From Alphaproteobacteria bacterium (GTDB lineage: Bacteria > Pseudomonadota > Alphaproteobacteria > SP197), in NCBI GenBank assembly GCA_965213815.1, contig OZ243917.1:1882832-1946831 (forward strand): DNA of 64,000 nt. Direction: 5' to 3'. The notes beneath the pieces were generated by a model. It did not search any database, had not been told where the DNA came from, and saw nothing but the letters and a program-made list of their open reading frames with translations. A program made the translations under genes and the position numbers. Of this stretch, positions 49,161 through 58,973 are shown in pieces (within the stretch, counting starts at the first letter, position 1; each line of letters starts with the position of its first letter).

Positions 49161-50111
49161 TCAGGGGGCCCTTCCCGAACATCGCTCTGCGATTCCAGCC
49201 GACTCTCCGTCGGCACGAATCGCCCTGTGGCCGGCCGGGTTCAACGGCCGAGCCAGGGTGAGAACCACCCGTGCGATCGCCAGTATGGCGGCTTCGAGGA
49301 GACACGCCGTGGCGGCTGCTCCCGCTGTCGGCTCGACAGCGGCCTCATCGAGATAGAGTCGCCGGTCAATCTCGATCTGGATGGCGTGAATGCCGTAATC
49401 GGGCCGTCCGTAGCGCCTGGTGATGTGGCCTCCCGGATAGGGATTGTTGCGCCGGACCATCGCTCCCCTTGCCTGCAGGGCCTCGGTTGCGGCTCGTGAC
49501 ACCGCCGGGGCGCACGATGTGCCGAACCGGTCACCGAGCACGATGTCGACGGGAGTGCGGCCGCAGACCGGGTGGGCCGTCGGCATGGAGTGACAATCAA
49601 TCAGACAGACGACGCCGAACAGCCGACGGGTTTCGTCGATCAGGTTCTCGAGTGCGGCGTGATAGGGGGTGTAGCAGCTGGCGATACGCCGCTCGGCCTC
49701 GGCCGCCGGCAGCCTCGAGCGGTAGATCTCCACGCCACCGGCGACGACCCTGGGGATGATTCCCAGGCCCGCCCTGACGCGAGGGCTGTCGTGGCCCGGC
49801 GTGGCACTGAGACTTCCTTCGAACATGGTGCAGTCGAGTTCGCCGGGCTCTCGGTTGACATCGATCCAGGCGCGGGGAAAGAGCGCCGCGATCGTCGGCG
49901 CGCCCAGTGCCGGGACACCGGCGATGAGACGATCGACGAAGGCGTCCTCGGAGCGCCGGATCGCATGACTGTCAAGCCGGGTCATTCCGAGGAAGGAGGC
50001 ATCGTAGTGTCGCCCGCTGTGTGGCGACGAGACCAGGACCGGCAGGGTCCGGCGGTCCGGGTGGATGACCTCGAGGACCTGCAACCCGCCATTATCGTTT
50101 GCGCGTGTCAC
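49161..50111 (-). CDS. N-formylglutamate amidohydrolase family protein
   Basis: …LVSSPHSGRHY…DVNRE… and …CLIDCHSM… are the metal-binding motifs of the FGase/HutG family. Confidence 0.75.
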   Translation of the reverse strand: MTRANDNGGLQVLEVIHPDRRTLPVLVSSPHSGRHYDASFLGMTRLDSHAIRRSEDAFVDRLIAGVPALGAPTIAALFPRAWIDVNREPGELDCTMFEGSLSATPGHDSPRVRAGLGIIPRVVAGGVEIYRSRLPAAEAERRIASCYTPYHAALENLIDETRRLFGVVCLIDCHSMPTAHPVCGRTPVDIVLGDRFGTSCAPAVSRAATEALQARGAMVRRNNPYPGGHITRRYGRPDYGIHAIQIEIDRRLYLDEAAVEPTAGAAATACLLEAAILAIARVVLTLARPLNPAGHRAIRADGESAGIAERCSGRAP

Positions 50112-50210
50112 GGGACCGGTTTAGATTAGCGACATGTCGATGTCACGCATCGAGTGGACGATGATTGCGCCGGGTTGTCCGAACAGCCTGGGCAAGAGGA
50201 CATAGGCGCG

Positions 50211-50570
50211 ATGGCACACATTCTCCTGGTGGCGCAGGACGATGTGCTTCGCGGATATCTTGCCAAGCGGCTGTCGAGACAGGGACATGTGGTCTCGCCG
50301 ATGGCGAACGGGCGCGAAGCGATTGCATGGCTTGTGCCGGGAGCCTTCAGAATTCTCATCACCGAAGCGAGGATGCATGACATCGATGGACCGGAACTGG
50401 CCAGACGCGCGGTGGCGACCGTCCCGGGTCTGCGTATCCTCTTCCTGGACGGGTTCGGTGTCCTGGCGCTGCGCCAGGGAGCCCTGCCGGCCCTCGATGA
50501 GGCAAGCCTGCTGCCGCGTTTCCATCTCAACAGCATCATCGGCGAGATCGACAATCTTCTCGCCGCCTGA
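50211..50570 (+). CDS. single-domain response regulator (CheY-like receiver)
   Basis: MAHILLVAQDDVLRGYLAKRL…ITEARMHDIDG… gives the acidic pocket, phospho-acceptor Asp and …LFLDGFG… pattern of receiver domains. Confidence 0.6.
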   Translation: MAHILLVAQDDVLRGYLAKRLSRQGHVVSPMANGREAIAWLVPGAFRILITEARMHDIDGPELARRAVATVPGLRILFLDGFGVLALRQGALPALDEASLLPRFHLNSIIGEIDNLLAA

Positions 50571-50582
50571 CGGCCTCCGGCC

Positions 50583-51755
50583 ATGACCCGCGAACAGGAC
50601 TTCTCGACCATCGAGGAGGCGATCGCCGGGATTGCCGCGGGCCGGCCCATCGTCGTCGTTGACGACGAGCACCGGGAGAACGAGGGCGATCTCGTCATGG
50701 CGGCAGAGAAGGCGACGCCGGAACTGGTCGCCTTCTTTGTGCGTCACACGGCCGGCGTGATCTGCGTTCCCATGGAAGGCGAACGTCTCGATGAGCTCGA
50801 GTTGCCCCAGATGGTGCAGCACAACACCGAACAGCACCGCACGGCCTTCACGGTTTCCGTGGACTACCGTTTCGGCACGACCACTGGCATTTCGGCAGAG
50901 GACCGGGCGCGCACCATCCGGGCGCTGGCCGGTGACGGCGGCAACCGACGCGTCGATGCCGCGAGCTTTGCCCGGCCCGGGCACATCTTTCCCCTGAGGG
51001 CGCGCGAGGGCGGCGTGCTGACCCGCGCCGGTCACACCGAGGCCGCCGTCGACCTGGCGCGGCTCGCCGGGTGTGCTCCGGCAGGAATGATCTGCGAGAT
51101 CGTCAAGGAAGAGGGCGCCCTCATGCGTCTGCCGGACCTGCTGGCCTTCGCCCGCGAGAACGATCTGGCCCTCATCTCCATAGCCGATCTCATCGCCTAC
51201 CGGCGGCGCACCGAACGCCTCGTCACACTCATCGACCGGGCGCCCTTCGAGACCAGGCACGGTCCCTTCGAGGTCTTTGTCTACCGCTCGCAGATCGACC
51301 ACACCGAGCATCTCGCCTTGGTCAGGGGCGACATCCGTTCCGCTGCCGGCGTTCTTGTCAGGGTCCATGCGGCCAGCGCCGTCGACGACGTCTTCGGCTC
51401 GGTGAGGGGAGCGGGCCGCAGTCTCGTGGACATCGCCCTGGAACGCCTGGCGGCAGAACCGGCTGCGGTGTTCCTCTACCTGCGCGGGCAGGAGGGCTGG
51501 GGTCTTGGATTCGGACGCCGGAGGATCTACGGAGAAGCGGATGGCGACCGTAACGACGTCCTGCACGGCCTTGACTGGCGCCAGTACGGGACCGGCGCCC
51601 AGATCCTCCACGATCTCGGCCTGCGCACCATGCGTATCCTGACCAACAATCCGGCCCCCTACAGGGCCATCGAGGGCTACGGTCTCACCATCCTGGGCAA
51701 GGAACCCTTCGTCGAGGCGGCGACCGGTTCCGGGTCTCTCCCGGCCAACGCCTGA
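50583..51755 (+). CDS. ribBX: RibBX: 3,4-dihydroxy-2-butanone-4-phosphate synthase fused to a GTP-cyclohydrolase-II-like domain that lacks the zinc ligands
   Basis: RibB motifs are intact (RENEGDL, TGISAEDRA, PGHIFPL, RAGHTEA). In the C-terminal RibA-like domain, the three zinc-binding Cys (HSEC…CDCG in RibA) are replaced (HAAS…RGAGRS). Confidence 0.8.
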   Translation: MTREQDFSTIEEAIAGIAAGRPIVVVDDEHRENEGDLVMAAEKATPELVAFFVRHTAGVICVPMEGERLDELELPQMVQHNTEQHRTAFTVSVDYRFGTTTGISAEDRARTIRALAGDGGNRRVDAASFARPGHIFPLRAREGGVLTRAGHTEAAVDLARLAGCAPAGMICEIVKEEGALMRLPDLLAFARENDLALISIADLIAYRRRTERLVTLIDRAPFETRHGPFEVFVYRSQIDHTEHLALVRGDIRSAAGVLVRVHAASAVDDVFGSVRGAGRSLVDIALERLAAEPAAVFLYLRGQEGWGLGFGRRRIYGEADGDRNDVLHGLDWRQYGTGAQILHDLGLRTMRILTNNPAPYRAIEGYGLTILGKEPFVEAATGSGSLPANA

Positions 51756-51763
51756 TCACAGCC

Positions 51764-52852
51764 ATGGCGTTCACGGTGCGACGCGCGGTGCGGGAGATGG
51801 CGCCATACGTCTCCGGCGAGAATGCCGGTGACATGATCCAGCTGGGATTCAATGAATCGGCCTTCCCTCCCAGTCCTCGAGCCATCGATGCGGCGCACCG
51901 GGGGCTGGACGGGATCCGCACCTACAGCGACGATAACGCGACAGCCCTCAGGCGCGCCCTTGCGGACCATCACGGCCTCGACGAGGACCTCGTTATCTGT
52001 GGCGCCGGCTCGATGGACATCATGCGCGACCTTGCGGCCTGCTGCCTGGAGCCCGGGTGCGACCTCGTCACCGGGCGCCTGAGCTACGCCTTCCCCGCCA
52101 CCCTCGCGCGGGCCGCCGGAGCGAAGGTTGTCTTCGCCGAGGACGCATCCTTCACCCACGATGTCGACGCCTTCATCGATGCCGTCAGCGATACGACCGC
52201 CATCGTCTACATGGCCAATCCCAACAATCCCACGGGCACGTCGCTGGCTGCGGATGCCGTCAGGCGTCTCGCCGACGCCCTTCCCGACCACGTGCTCCTC
52301 ATGATCGATGCCGCCTATGCGGACTATGCGAGCGGGGAGCGGGCAAGACCGGAACGCCTCGTGGAGGAGGGGTACAATGCCGCCGTTCTTCACACCTTCT
52401 CCAAGGTCCACGCCCTGGCGGGCATGCGAACCGGGTGGGCCTATGCAGCCCGCGAGCTTGTCGATGCGGTGGCGAAGGTGCGCCTCCCGAGCCTTCTTCC
52501 GGCCCCGGCCATGGCGGCTGCCATGGCGTCGCTTGCCGACACCGCCTGGACGCGCCACGTCGTTGGCGAGACCCGGGCTCTCAAGGAGCGCTGCGGTACA
52601 CACCTTCGGCAGCTCGGCTTCGATGTCGGCCACAGCGACGGCAACTTTCTCCTCGCCGGCCTGCCGCAAGCCTGGCCCATGGATGCGGAAAGGCTCTACC
52701 AGCTCCTGAAGGCCCGTGGCATTCTCCTGAGACGCCTTGCCAGCTTCGGTCTCGACCGGCACATCAGGATCACCATTGGTCCGCCGGACGCCATGGCGGC
52801 ACTTGATCGTGCCCTGACGGATCTCCTTTGTGCGGACAGGAAGGATTTGTGA
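51764..52852 (+). CDS. class I/II pyridoxal-phosphate aminotransferase (HisC/histidinol-phosphate aminotransferase family)
   Basis: …IVYMANPNNPTG… and …TFSKVHALAGMRTGWA… (pyridoxal-phosphate lysine in SKxxALAGxRxG), typical of the HisC family. Confidence 0.8.
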   Translation: MAFTVRRAVREMAPYVSGENAGDMIQLGFNESAFPPSPRAIDAAHRGLDGIRTYSDDNATALRRALADHHGLDEDLVICGAGSMDIMRDLAACCLEPGCDLVTGRLSYAFPATLARAAGAKVVFAEDASFTHDVDAFIDAVSDTTAIVYMANPNNPTGTSLAADAVRRLADALPDHVLLMIDAAYADYASGERARPERLVEEGYNAAVLHTFSKVHALAGMRTGWAYAARELVDAVAKVRLPSLLPAPAMAAAMASLADTAWTRHVVGETRALKERCGTHLRQLGFDVGHSDGNFLLAGLPQAWPMDAERLYQLLKARGILLRRLASFGLDRHIRITIGPPDAMAALDRALTDLLCADRKDL

Positions 52853-52854
52853 TC

Positions 52855-53793
52855 ATGAAGAAATCTCCCGGCGACAAGGTCATCATCACCTGTGCCGTGA
52901 CCGGATCGATCCACACGCCGACGATGAGTCCGTGGTTGCCGGTAACACCGCAGGAAATCGCCGATGCGTCGATCGGCGCCTGGGAAGCCGGCGCCTCCAT
53001 CATCCACCTTCATGCCCGCAATCCGGACGGCAGTCCGACTCCCGACCCCGACGTCTTCATGAAATTCCTGCCGCGCATCAAGCAGTCGACCGACGCCGTC
53101 ATCAACATCTCCACTGGCGGTGGCCACGGCATGTCTCTTGACGAGCGCCTGGCAGGAGCGCTGAGAGCGAGTCCGGAGATGACATCGCTCAACATGGGAT
53201 CCATGAACTTCGGTCTCTACCCGGCACTCGACAAGATCTCCAGCTTCCGGCATGACTGGGAGAGGCGCCACTTGGAGAACTCAAGGGATTTCATTTTCCG
53301 AAACACCTTCAAGGATATAGAAAACATCCTCGAAGTTCTTGGTGAAGGACACGGTGTGCGCTTCGAATTCGAGTGCTACGATATCGGCCACCTCTACACC
53401 CTGGCCCATTTTCTCGACCGCGGCCTCGTGAGGCCGCCGCTCTTCGTGCAGTCGATCTTCGGCATCCTGGGCGGTATCGGCGCCGATGAGGAGAACCTCA
53501 TGCATGCCCGGCGCATCGCCGACAAGCTCTTCGGAGACGAGTACCGGTGGTCGGTGCTGGCGGCGGGCCGCCATCAGATGAACTTTGTCACCATGGCTGC
53601 CATGCTCGGCGGAAATGTCCGGGTGGGTCTGGAAGACAGCCTCTACATCGCGAAGGGCGCTCTCGCGAAGTCGAATGCCGAACAGGTCGCCAAGATCCGA
53701 CGCATCATCGAGGATCTTTCCCTCGAGGTCGCCACTCCCGCCGAGGCACGCGCCATGCTCGGCCTCAAGGGCGGTGACATGGTGGCATTCTGA
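52855..53793 (+). CDS. 3-keto-5-aminohexanoate cleavage enzyme family (BKACE/DUF849) protein
   Basis: …VIITCAVTGSIHTP… and …IHLHARNPDG… N-terminal motifs of the Kce TIM-barrel family. AGGAAGGA Shine-Dalgarno before the ATG. Confidence 0.8.
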   Translation: MKKSPGDKVIITCAVTGSIHTPTMSPWLPVTPQEIADASIGAWEAGASIIHLHARNPDGSPTPDPDVFMKFLPRIKQSTDAVINISTGGGHGMSLDERLAGALRASPEMTSLNMGSMNFGLYPALDKISSFRHDWERRHLENSRDFIFRNTFKDIENILEVLGEGHGVRFEFECYDIGHLYTLAHFLDRGLVRPPLFVQSIFGILGGIGADEENLMHARRIADKLFGDEYRWSVLAAGRHQMNFVTMAAMLGGNVRVGLEDSLYIAKGALAKSNAEQVAKIRRIIEDLSLEVATPAEARAMLGLKGGDMVAF

Positions 53794-53797
53794 GGGC

Positions 53798-53831
53798 GCA
53801 GGTCGAACGCCGGAGAACTCCTGCGACCTGC
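53798..53831 (+). terminator. possible stem-loop after kce (no U-tract)
   Basis: GCAGGTCG-N18-CGACCTGC perfect 8-bp inverted repeat 5 nt after the stop. No T-run follows, so this is a weak terminator candidate. Confidence 0.2.
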
Positions 53832-54314
53832 ACATCCGCAACGGTGCGCGGTCTCACAAAGGCCGGGTCCACGTGTTCGCGGGACCCTCCACCCCCCAGC
53901 CCCTCCTTTCCCGCAGGAACATCTGAGCGTCAGCAGAGATGGCGGAAACGTCCGCCGTGCGGGCACCGCTGGAGGCACTCTTCATCATGGAGCATGTCTG
54001 GGATACAGCATCCCGCAATCGGTCGTGACATGGCAGGCAGGGGGAAGTGGCGGGTCCGGCGTTCCCGCGATGTCGCATCACCGCGTCTGGATGGCCAACC
54101 GTGTCGACGCCTGGCCGCGAGGGACCCAAGATCCGCAAACCGGTCGCTTGCCATCCACTGACGGTTTCGCTCGGTCCCCTGTCATCACCGGAGTCCGGGT
54201 CTCACCGGACATGCGGGAGGGGCGCTGTGATGTGATCGGCCGGGGAGAAGGCGCCATGGCGCGTCCCCAGCTTGCGGCACCGGAGTATGGGCCGATTGCA
54301 GTCAAGGCCGTCGA

Positions 54315-55202
54315 TCACCGGGCCCGCCGGTTGGTCCGGGGGTCGAGTGATTCGCGTAATCCGTCGCCGAGGTAGTTGACGGACAGCACCGTGAGAGAAA
54401 TCGCAAGCCCCGGCCACAGGACGCGTCCGGGGTACTGCTGCAGATAGTCGGTGGCGTCGAAGAGCAGGCGGCCCCACGTCGCGAAATCCGACGGGAAGCC
54501 CAGACCCAGAAAGGAGAGGGCCGATTCCGTGATGATTGCGTTGGCGATGCCCAGTGTTGCGGAGACCGCCAGGGGGGACAGCACATTTGGCAGGATATGA
54601 CGGCGGATGATGCGTTGCGGCGGCGTGCCGACGGATCGTGCCGCGATGACAAAGTCGCGTTCGCGCAGTGTGAGCACTTCTGCCCTGACGACGCGTGCGG
54701 TCTGCATCCAGCTCGTGATGCCGATCACGGCGACCACCATCATGAAGATGCCGGTCTCCTGTCCCACAAGGCTGCGCAACGTGTCGCGGAACAGGAGAAT
54801 GATGACCAGCACAAGGGGAAGGAGGGGCAGCGCCAGGAAGAGATCCGTGATGCGCATCAACACCCCGTCGAGCCAGCGCACGAACCCGGCGAGGACGCCG
54901 ATCAGTCCGCCGATGGCCAGGGAGAGCAGCATGGCCGCCACACCGACCGCCAGGGAGGCCCTGCCGCCCGTCATCATGCGTGCGAGCATGTCTCTCCCGA
55001 GCTGGTCCGTGCCCAGGGGGTGGGCGAGGCTCATCGCGGCATTGCGGTCGCGGATGTCGACGAGCTGCGGGTCGATGGTCCAGACCAGCGGGCCGAAAAC
55101 GACAACGATGAGGATGAAAAGGAAGACTCCGCCGCCCAGCATTACGTTCTTCTGACCGGTCAGCCGGACCAGGGTTTGCGGACGGCGGGCCACGTCAGTC
55201 AT
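54315..55202 (-). CDS. ABC transporter permease (DppC-type)
   Basis: TM topology and conserved loop region (…FVIAARSVGTPPQRIIRRHILPN…). Confidence 0.85.
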   Translation of the reverse strand: MTDVARRPQTLVRLTGQKNVMLGGGVFLFILIVVVFGPLVWTIDPQLVDIRDRNAAMSLAHPLGTDQLGRDMLARMMTGGRASLAVGVAAMLLSLAIGGLIGVLAGFVRWLDGVLMRITDLFLALPLLPLVLVIILLFRDTLRSLVGQETGIFMMVVAVIGITSWMQTARVVRAEVLTLRERDFVIAARSVGTPPQRIIRRHILPNVLSPLAVSATLGIANAIITESALSFLGLGFPSDFATWGRLLFDATDYLQQYPGRVLWPGLAISLTVLSVNYLGDGLRESLDPRTNRRAR

Positions 55203-56202
55203 AGCGGATTCTGGGATCGAGAAGGCCGAGCACGAGATCGGCGGCCAGATTGAAGAGGACGATCAGCACGGCAAAGATGAAGGTCAGGGTCTGCACCATG
55301 GGAAGATCGTTGGCCTGGATTGCGGAGATGAGGAGGTGCCCGAGCCCGTTCACCTTGAAGACCTGCTCCGTGATGATCGCGCCGCCGAAAACTCCCGGAA
55401 CGCCGAGAGCAATGACCGTCACCACGGGCCCCAGGGAGTTGCGCAGGACGTGCACGAGGATGACCCGTCCCTCGGGCATCCCCTTGGCTCGTGCCGTGCG
55501 CACGTAGTCCAGATGGAGCTGGTCCAGTGCCGATGCGCGCATGAAGCGGCTTATCTGGGCGGCGTTGTAGAGGGCGAGGACGGAGACCGGCAGCGCCATC
55601 TGGCGGACCTGCTGGAGGAAGCTCTCCAGGTTCGTCACGTGGTGCGTGGTGTCATAGATCGAGGGGAACCAGCCCAGATGCACCGAAAAGATCACGATCA
55701 GGAGGACACCGCTGAAGAAGGTCGGCACCGAAAATCCGACCATCGAGACGAATGTTCCGATCTGGTCGAACCAGCCATTGGCGCGCCATGCCGAGACGAT
55801 CCCGACCGGAACGGCGATGAGGATGCCGACGACATAGGAGAGACCGACCACCCACAGGGTCTGTGGCAGGCGTTCGACGACGGTATCGACGACGGGTGAG
55901 CGCGATTGCCACGATATCACCCGGGGACGCTCGCCGGAGACATCGAACCCTGTGAGGTTCGACAGCAGGTGCAGCGGTTCGTTGATGAAGAACTGGTGGA
56001 GCCAGAGCCCGTAGCGGATGTGAATCGGCTCGCCGAGACCCAGCGACAGGCGGATCATCTCCCTGACGTCTGCAGGAATTGTCAGCGGAAGGCTTGCCGT
56101 GGGATCGCCGGGCGCGAGGTCGAGGAGCAGAAAGAGAATGAGACTGATGGCCAGCAGTGTGGGTACGGCGAAGGCGAGCCTGCGGATGGAGTACTGGAGC
56201 AT
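55195..56202 (-). CDS. ABC transporter permease (DppB-type)
   Basis: MLQYSIRRLAFAVPTLLAISLILF… N-terminus and EAA region (…ARAKGMPEGRVILVHVLRN…). Confidence 0.85.
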   Translation of the reverse strand: MLQYSIRRLAFAVPTLLAISLILFLLLDLAPGDPTASLPLTIPADVREMIRLSLGLGEPIHIRYGLWLHQFFINEPLHLLSNLTGFDVSGERPRVISWQSRSPVVDTVVERLPQTLWVVGLSYVVGILIAVPVGIVSAWRANGWFDQIGTFVSMVGFSVPTFFSGVLLIVIFSVHLGWFPSIYDTTHHVTNLESFLQQVRQMALPVSVLALYNAAQISRFMRASALDQLHLDYVRTARAKGMPEGRVILVHVLRNSLGPVVTVIALGVPGVFGGAIITEQVFKVNGLGHLLISAIQANDLPMVQTLTFIFAVLIVLFNLAADLVLGLLDPRIRYD

Positions 56203-56214
56203 CCCGGCGTTCCG

Positions 56215-57912
56215 TCACCGGATGCGGTGCCAGTCGGCAATGTTCCAGAGTTCGCTGTCCCAGGTGTTGAGCCGGACACCGCCCAGCGACAGGGCGTGAG
56301 CGGACACCCGTCCGCGATGGACGAGCGGGATCAGCACATGGTCCTGCATGAGCATGTCATTCATCGTTCTGGCGAGGCGGACCCGTTCCTCGAGATCGCC
56401 TGTCTGTGCCATCTCGTCCAACAGGACATCATAGTCGGCGTCACAGTAGCGCGGAATGTTCTGGCCCTGCCACTGGGTGTCCGGCCGCGGCTCGTAGCCG
56501 CAACGCCAGCTGGCGAGATAGGTTTCCGGGTCCGTTCCGTCGAAGCCGTTGGCATACATCTGGATGTCGGCGTGGAACTTCAGGTAGGTGTCCGGGTTTC
56601 CGGGATCGCCGCCGAAGAACACCGATGCATCGATGTTCCGCAATTCCGTTTCGACTCCGATCAGCGACCACCAGTGCTTGATGACCGCCTGAAAGTCCTG
56701 GCGTACCGCATTGGTCGAGGTCTGGTAGACGAGCGACAGGCGCACTCCGTCTCTTTCGCGGATGCCGTCCGCTCCCGGTAACCATCTCGCCTCGTCGAGC
56801 AGGCGGTTCGCACCTGCGACATCCTGCATGCGACATCCGTCATTGGCGGTGGAGGTGTAAAGGGCCGGCGCCGGGATGATGTTACAGGTGACGCGCCCGG
56901 CCGGCCCGTAGCCGATGTCGACGAGGGTCGTGCGGTCGATCGCCATGGATAGTGCCTGGCGCACCGCATGATCGGAGAGAAACGGGTGAGGGTGCGCCCG
57001 CGTCGAGCGGGCCTCATCGAGATCGGCCGACGGGTTGGTGAGATTGACGATGAGACGCTCGACAAGGGTTCCAAAGCCCGAGACCACGACACCCCGGCCG
57101 GCGTCCTGCATGCCTGCGAGGACGTCGGGTGCGAGCTGCAGGTTCCAGGCGTAGTCGAATTCCCCGGTTTCGAGGACGGCGCGGCCCGCTGATGCCGCGT
57201 CGCCACCGCCCTTCAGCGTGACGGTGGCAAACGCCGGTTTCGAGGGATCGCGGAAACGGGGGTTGGCTTCCAGAGTGACCACATCGTTGGAACGGAATTG
57301 GGTGACGCGAAAGGGTCCAGTGCCGATCGGGTTGAAATTGGCGTCGGTGCATTCCGGGGCCCGCGCGCCCGTGCAGGCGGCAAACTGCGCCTTCTGGATG
57401 ATCGGTGAGCCGGCGCCGACAAAGGGCCCGTAAGGGTAGGGTTTGGCGACACCGAAGGTGACCCTGACGGTGTGGTCGTCCAACGCGGTGACATCGACGA
57501 CATCATCGAACTGCGTCAGCCCGGAGCAGCCTCCGGCGGGATCGAGGCAGTAGTCCGCCGTGAACACGACATCGGCGGACGTCACGGGGCTGCCATCGGA
57601 CCAGACGAGCCCATCCCTGAGCTTCCAGGTGATGGTGGTCAGATCGCCGGACACCCCTCCGTTGGCGACAGTCGGCACGCTTTCGGCCAACCAGGCCACG
57701 AGATTGCCGTTCTCGTCATGGCGGGCCAGCGGTTCGAGAATCATCGAGGCCGCTTCCAGATCCTTGGTGCCGGCGGAGAGGTAGGGATTGAGAATCGACG
57801 GCGCCTGCCAGTAGAGGATTCCGACATGATCGTCGCGCCCTCTCTCGGCTTTCGCCGTGACGCAGGCAAGAAGGACGCAGGTTGCAAGGAGGGCGGGGAT
57901 GGTTCTCTTCAT
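56215..57912 (-). CDS. ABC transporter substrate-binding protein, family 5 (peptide/nickel/opine)
   Basis: Signal peptide MKRTIPALLATCVLLACVTAKA plus a large family-5 solute-binding-protein fold. Confidence 0.85.
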   Translation of the reverse strand: MKRTIPALLATCVLLACVTAKAERGRDDHVGILYWQAPSILNPYLSAGTKDLEAASMILEPLARHDENGNLVAWLAESVPTVANGGVSGDLTTITWKLRDGLVWSDGSPVTSADVVFTADYCLDPAGGCSGLTQFDDVVDVTALDDHTVRVTFGVAKPYPYGPFVGAGSPIIQKAQFAACTGARAPECTDANFNPIGTGPFRVTQFRSNDVVTLEANPRFRDPSKPAFATVTLKGGGDAASAGRAVLETGEFDYAWNLQLAPDVLAGMQDAGRGVVVSGFGTLVERLIVNLTNPSADLDEARSTRAHPHPFLSDHAVRQALSMAIDRTTLVDIGYGPAGRVTCNIIPAPALYTSTANDGCRMQDVAGANRLLDEARWLPGADGIRERDGVRLSLVYQTSTNAVRQDFQAVIKHWWSLIGVETELRNIDASVFFGGDPGNPDTYLKFHADIQMYANGFDGTDPETYLASWRCGYEPRPDTQWQGQNIPRYCDADYDVLLDEMAQTGDLEERVRLARTMNDMLMQDHVLIPLVHRGRVSAHALSLGGVRLNTWDSELWNIADWHRIR

Positions 57913-58973
57913 GGCGTTCGAGGCTCCGGGGCAGGGGGGTGGAGATGACAGGCGACGCGATGCCCTGTTGCGATGGCGCTGAGAGGCGGTGGTGTGTGGC
58001 CACAGATGGCACTGGCCACCGGACAGCGGCTGCGGAACACGCAGCCCTCAAGGGGCTGGCTGGGCGACGGGCTTTCGCCCTCGAGTACGATACGCTGGCG
58101 GCGTGCCGTGCCAGGCATGGGCGGTGCGGCCGACATCAGGGCCCTGGTGTAGGGATGCGCCGGGTTTGCGAAGAGGAGGTCGGCCGGTGCCAATTCCACG
58201 ATCCTCCCGAGATACATGACGGCAACATCGTCGGCCATGTGGCGGACCATGCGAAGATCGTGGCTGATGAAGAGGTAGGCGAGAGCATGGTCGTCCTGGA
58301 GGTCCTTCAGGAGGTTCACGATCTGCGCCTGAACAGAGAAGTCGAGGCTGGCGATTGGTTCGTCACAGACGATCAACCGAGGCTTCAGCGCCAGTGCCCG
58401 TGCTATGGCCACCCGCTGGCACTGGCCTCCCGACAACTCATGGGGAAAACGGTCTGCCCAGTCCCGGGGCAGGCTCACGGCGTCCATCAGCTGATCGACA
58501 GCGCGGGACCGTTCGGGGCGCGTCAGCCGGGCGTTCTCGTCAAGTGGTTCGGCAATGATGTCGGCGAGACGCATGCGCGGATTGAGGCATGAGAGCGGAT
58601 CCTGAAAGATCATCTGCATCAGGGGTCTCATGTGTCCCAGTTCGCTTCGGCCCGCCGTGGCGATGTCGATGCCGTTCAAGGTGACCGTGCCGGAGGTGAT
58701 GTCCACGAGGCGCAGTAGTGCGCGTCCGGTGGTTGTCTTTCCGGACCCCGACTCGCCGACAAGTCCCAGAGTCCGGCCGTGGTGAATGGAGAACGAGACG
58801 CCGTCAACCGCCCGCACATGACCTGTGGTGCGCCGCAGGATGCCCGAGGCTACGGGAAAGTGGACCTTGAGGTCCTCCACGACGAGGAGTTCAGGCGCCA
58901 CGGTGCCGGCCGGCAAGGAAACACGCTGCCTGGCGATGGCCAGGAAGGTGTACGGGCGGGGGGCTCTCTTCAT
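57909..58973 (-). CDS. ABC transporter ATP-binding protein (DppF-type); start uncertain
   Basis: Walker A GESGSGKTT, signature LSGGQCQRVAIARAL, Walker B IVCDEPI. The ATG at 58973 gives an 80-nt overlap with the upstream ATPase. A GTG near 58904 is an alternative start. Confidence 0.7.
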   Translation of the reverse strand: MKRAPRPYTFLAIARQRVSLPAGTVAPELLVVEDLKVHFPVASGILRRTTGHVRAVDGVSFSIHHGRTLGLVGESGSGKTTTGRALLRLVDITSGTVTLNGIDIATAGRSELGHMRPLMQMIFQDPLSCLNPRMRLADIIAEPLDENARLTRPERSRAVDQLMDAVSLPRDWADRFPHELSGGQCQRVAIARALALKPRLIVCDEPIASLDFSVQAQIVNLLKDLQDDHALAYLFISHDLRMVRHMADDVAVMYLGRIVELAPADLLFANPAHPYTRALMSAAPPMPGTARRQRIVLEGESPSPSQPLEGCVFRSRCPVASAICGHTPPPLSAIATGHRVACHLHPPAPEPRTP

